Positions 60,325-64,000 of a stretch of DNA of 64,000 bases are shown piece after piece (position 1 is the stretch's first letter; the number at the start of each line of letters is the position of its first letter). Source of the stretch: a virus (taxonomy: Duplodnaviria; Caudoviricetes); IMG/VR virus record IMGVR_UViG_3300021426_000063, positions 64,001 to 128,000 of that record; one strand, given 5' to 3'. Under the pieces are notes generated by a model. That model ran no database searches. It was not told the origin of the DNA and saw only the letters and a list, made by a program, of their open reading frames with translations. A program made the position numbers and the translations under genes.

Positions 60325-63113
60325 TGGAGATTAGGAACTTACAATTTTTTGATAGTAATGGTTACAATCTAAATTTTGATTGGAATGAAAATGGATACTG
60401 GGAAGGTAATATCTATCTTCCCAAGGTAAGTGTTGGTATCTATGCAAACACATCCATTTATATACTTGAAAAACTTGATTCTTCTTCTGTTGAAACTTAT
60501 CAGAATCAATATTTTGATGTAAGAGTAGACAGTAGTCTCTTTGATAATAAGTATTTCTTCCCTACTGGTTCTGGTAAGATAGAGTTCCATTGGGATAAGG
60601 TTAACAAATTTGTTGATGAGTTCTTTATGTTTGATTTTGATGAATCTTATGTAATGCAAGAAACATCAGCACTTGTATATACTCCTAATGATGGTCCTGA
60701 ATGTAATACTCTTATCATTAACAGGTTTGACACCTATGATATTACTCTTGATAATACTTTATCATCAAAGGCACTTCCTGTTCATATTGCCTTTATGGCA
60801 AATGAGAAGTATGATGCAACAACCTATAATAGGACTCTCATAATGTCCCATAATGGTAAAACCATTGCCAGGATAAAGTTCTATGCTGAAACAATTGAGG
60901 AAGATGAGAGATTGAAGGTCTGGAATGCCAACCTTGGTTACAATATCACTCCTGAAGATGAGATGATTTTCTATAAGAGTGACATCAAGGAGTATATGCC
61001 AAACTATGAAACCCTTAATGAGAAAAGAAAAGAATTGATGATGGAAGGTAGTAACATCTATCCTTACATTGGTTCATACAAGGCCATCATCAATGCCATA
61101 AAGTTCTTTGGTTATGACAATCTCAATATCATTGAGTATTGGAGGAATGTCAATCCAGATGATGTTAATTTTGGTAAGATTTATCACAGTTCAAAATACA
61201 GTCTCACAAAGAAGGAAACATTGACCATTGGATCCAGGAACATTACTCTTCCTAACAAGGATTATAAGAAGATTAATGCTCTTGCACTGGTGTACTCCAT
61301 CAATAAACCAACAGGTCAGATTGATGAGTTTGAACTTCCTCTTATGAAGGAACAGTTCACCTATACCATTGAAGAGGCACTCATCAAACTCTTTGCATTG
61401 AGAAAGAAACTCAATAAGGAGTTTATGCCTGGTTCAAGTAGAATCATTGACATCATTGGTGAGGGAAATTACTTTGGTCTCCAAGGTATCACAAAGGTAA
61501 AAGATGAACAACATATTGATTTCTTTGAGAAACAGAGGTATGTAGATTTCAGTGTTGAACCAAGTAAATATGCTCACATCACAGATAATGAGTATTTCAA
61601 CAGGTACATCAATACAATCAAAAACTACACTGATGGTACACCCATACCTTTGAGAGACCAGTTGTTGTCAGATATGATGGACACAAATCTTAATTCAATT
61701 AGGAATGACAGAGGATACTATGATGAAAATAATCATAGAATCCCTGAAATGATTGAACTTAAAGAGTTAAACAACAATACCAAATGTGAACTTTTCAGAA
61801 ATTATCATCAAGATGCTTTTGTTGATTACACTCTATATAAAGATATAGAAGATAATGATGACTATCCTTTTGATAATCCCGAATATCAATATACATCTGT
61901 TTATGACAGGTTCTCTGCAAAAGTCATTCTTAATAATATCTCATTTGAAGAGGTAACCTTTGATAATTGCGATTTAAAATTTGATTGTTCATATAATGTA
62001 TATGAACTTGATGATGATGGTCATATATTAAATTATGAACTTGATGATAATGGTCATGTATTAAATCGTACAACAAAAGAACATTATATAGATGGTAATA
62101 ATAATCCTATTACATTTAATAATGTTGATTTACTTCACCGTCCTGATTTAATTACTTGGAAGATAAAAATGTCTGACAACCAGGTTGATGATGATTTAAA
62201 GAAAGCTGGAATAGATAAAGAGTATACAAAATACAATCTTGATGCTTTAGAAAATCCATATAATATGAAATATACAAAGACAAGAGAATTTGTATATGGT
62301 GATTATTCTTACAACCAGTTCTTTGTTGAACTTCCTTATGTTGGATATTATGATGTTACTATGACACTCAGTTACAGTAATAAACCAGATACATATAATA
62401 TCACAAAGACAAAGACAAGATGTATCAAGGTTGAACCATATCAGATTGAACTGAAAGGATTCTACTATGATGCAAGAAAGCTTCCTACTGATTTACAGTA
62501 TGAAAACGAAGAAGGAAGTGAAATGTATAATTTCATCCATAAGAGTTTAACAAATATGATTGGTTGGGCAGTTGCAGAAAAAACAGCAGTTGACAATCCA
62601 ATAGAATACTCAATGCCAACATATTCTACTGATGGTTCTGTTATCAATCCAGGTCCATACTTTAATAACAATATCATCAATGAATGGTATCTTTCTGATA
62701 ACATCACATATGATATAGCAGAATTAAAACCTATTGTAAAATATGCAAGATATATAAAGAGTGGTGTTGATGTAAAACCTTACACTTGGTTCCTTCTTGG
62801 ATTTGATTACACAAAGATTGCAGGTAAGATAAATCCAGTATGGACTATTAAAAATAATTCAACTGGTGAAGAATCAGACTATGAAGGTTTATATTTCACA
62901 TTCTTATTAACAAGAGAAGGTAACTATACAATAACCTTAAGACTTGAAGATAAACTCGGTAACAAATATGAAGTTGTGAGGAACATAATTGTAGTTGGTA
63001 AGTCTGCCAATTATAAATTATACCAGACATTCAAGAAAGATTATGATTATGTTCAAGAACAGAATATGTTAATTGAACTCAATAAACTCAATGAATTTTA
63101 CATTAGAGATTAA
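60324..63113 (+). CDS. Large putative baseplate protein
   Basis: 929 aa following gp6; IGSYKAIINAIKFFGY; PKD-like C-terminal segments. Confidence 0.6.
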   Translation: MEIRNLQFFDSNGYNLNFDWNENGYWEGNIYLPKVSVGIYANTSIYILEKLDSSSVETYQNQYFDVRVDSSLFDNKYFFPTGSGKIEFHWDKVNKFVDEFFMFDFDESYVMQETSALVYTPNDGPECNTLIINRFDTYDITLDNTLSSKALPVHIAFMANEKYDATTYNRTLIMSHNGKTIARIKFYAETIEEDERLKVWNANLGYNITPEDEMIFYKSDIKEYMPNYETLNEKRKELMMEGSNIYPYIGSYKAIINAIKFFGYDNLNIIEYWRNVNPDDVNFGKIYHSSKYSLTKKETLTIGSRNITLPNKDYKKINALALVYSINKPTGQIDEFELPLMKEQFTYTIEEALIKLFALRKKLNKEFMPGSSRIIDIIGEGNYFGLQGITKVKDEQHIDFFEKQRYVDFSVEPSKYAHITDNEYFNRYINTIKNYTDGTPIPLRDQLLSDMMDTNLNSIRNDRGYYDENNHRIPEMIELKELNNNTKCELFRNYHQDAFVDYTLYKDIEDNDDYPFDNPEYQYTSVYDRFSAKVILNNISFEEVTFDNCDLKFDCSYNVYELDDDGHILNYELDDNGHVLNRTTKEHYIDGNNNPITFNNVDLLHRPDLITWKIKMSDNQVDDDLKKAGIDKEYTKYNLDALENPYNMKYTKTREFVYGDYSYNQFFVELPYVGYYDVTMTLSYSNKPDTYNITKTKTRCIKVEPYQIELKGFYYDARKLPTDLQYENEEGSEMYNFIHKSLTNMIGWAVAEKTAVDNPIEYSMPTYSTDGSVINPGPYFNNNIINEWYLSDNITYDIAELKPIVKYARYIKSGVDVKPYTWFLLGFDYTKIAGKINPVWTIKNNSTGEESDYEGLYFTFLLTREGNYTITLRLEDKLGNKYEVVRNIIVVGKSANYKLYQTFKKDYDYVQEQNMLIELNKLNEFYIRD
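62001..62066 (+). repeat. 33-bp in-frame tandem duplication (YELDDDGHILN / YELDDNGHVLN)
   Basis: Two units differing at 2 positions. Confidence 0.85.
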
Positions 63114-63155
63114 AAACTTCATAAATATATTTATACATTTGTAAAACATTTAATT

Positions 63156-64000
63156 ATGAAAAAAGATGAAAAGACTGTCATTGATCCTGTTGTAGATACT
63201 ACAATAGATAACAATGATAATGTTGTTGTTGATTCAACACAAGATGAAAATCCTGACTCTGTAGTAGTTGATAATAACACAGAACCTGATCCAGAGTCTG
63301 TAACTGAACCAGTGGTAGAACCAGAACCAGCAGTTGACCCTGTGGTTGATACACCTGTTGAAGAACCAACACTTGCACCTACTGATGATATTATCCCTGC
63401 ACCTGTTGATGTTACTGGTGAAAAACCCGTGGTTGACCCAGTAGTTGCTGATGAACCTGTGGTTGACCCTGTCATTCCAGAAGACCCAGCAGCATTGGCA
63501 CCAGCAGAACCTGTTGTTGATGCACCTGTTGAAGAACCAATTGTTGGTCCTGGTCCAGAAGCAGTACCTTGTGATGGATGTGCTGGTGTAGAACCATCTC
63601 CTTGTGAATCACCTGTAACTGTTGCCAACTTCTTTGGTACACTCCAAGAGTGTGTAACCATTGTTTGGAGATATCATCTCAAAACAAGAAAGCATCATGT
63701 ACATGTTGACCTAAATGATTTCTATCAGGGTGCTCTTTACAGGGTTGATAATATCATTGAACAATACCAGGGTATTGTTGGTATCATTGAAGATCCATTC
63801 ACCAACTGTATTGTAGGTGAAGGTAAAGATGAGATTACTTATCTCCAGGAACTCAAGAACTTTATTGAAACCAATAAGTGTGTTCTTGGTGAGCACAGTG
63901 AAATCAATTCATCAATTGATGACTTCCTTGGTCTCATTGATTCAACACTCTACAAACTCACTTCATTCTGTGAGCATGCAGTAAAATCATTTGATGAATT
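63156..64000 (+). CDS. Ferritin/Dps-like (DUF5856-like) protein with Pro/Val/Asp/Glu-rich N-terminus; runs off window end
   Basis: Manual translation (absent from ORF track): MKKDEKTVIDPVVD...WRYHLKTRKHHVHVDLNDFY...VDNIIEQYQG...TLYKL. Confidence 0.7.
   Translation, partial: MKKDEKTVIDPVVDTTIDNNDNVVVDSTQDENPDSVVVDNNTEPDPESVTEPVVEPEPAVDPVVDTPVEEPTLAPTDDIIPAPVDVTGEKPVVDPVVADEPVVDPVIPEDPAALAPAEPVVDAPVEEPIVGPGPEAVPCDGCAGVEPSPCESPVTVANFFGTLQECVTIVWRYHLKTRKHHVHVDLNDFYQGALYRVDNIIEQYQGIVGIIEDPFTNCIVGEGKDEITYLQELKNFIETNKCVLGEHSEINSSIDDFLGLIDSTLYKLTSFCEHAVKSFDE

Noticed and set aside
63131-63661. 176-aa minus-strand ORF
   Set aside because: Shadow of the plus-strand Pro/Val-rich gene, which has the promoter and a recognisable domain
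1-64000. tRNA, rRNA or integrase genes
   Set aside because: Intergenic gaps are short and explained by promoters and terminators; none recognised by eye, and a tRNAscan run would confirm

Overview
64 kb of an AT-rich, densely coding T4-like (myovirus) jumbo phage genome, read in the standard genetic code. The host is most likely Bacteroidota: two canonical TTTG-N19/20-TATCTTTG promoters and a DUF4494-like gene are present. Morphogenesis genes include prohead protease, portal, tail sheath, tail tube, tail terminator and baseplate gp25/gp6. Replication and recombination genes include a family B polymerase, putative clamp, gp41 helicase, UvsX/RecA, gp47 nuclease, RuvC-like resolvase and exonuclease. 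Also present are a gp55-like late sigma factor, PhoH, GroES, MetK, two methyltransferase-related genes, a RimK ligase/protease pair, a vWA-metallopeptidase-AAA cluster and a GIY-YIG endonuclease. The most striking signal is a 14-aa tag, E-SAWGDMMRRGSGE, present 10 times in five late genes, five of them inside one apparent polyprotein. It always follows a prohead-protease-type [ILVM]-x-E site and precedes variable payload domains. Many other late genes carry T4 capsid-targeting-like leaders. Three promoter classes can be read directly from the sequence. All functional calls come from motif recognition by eye; no searches were run.
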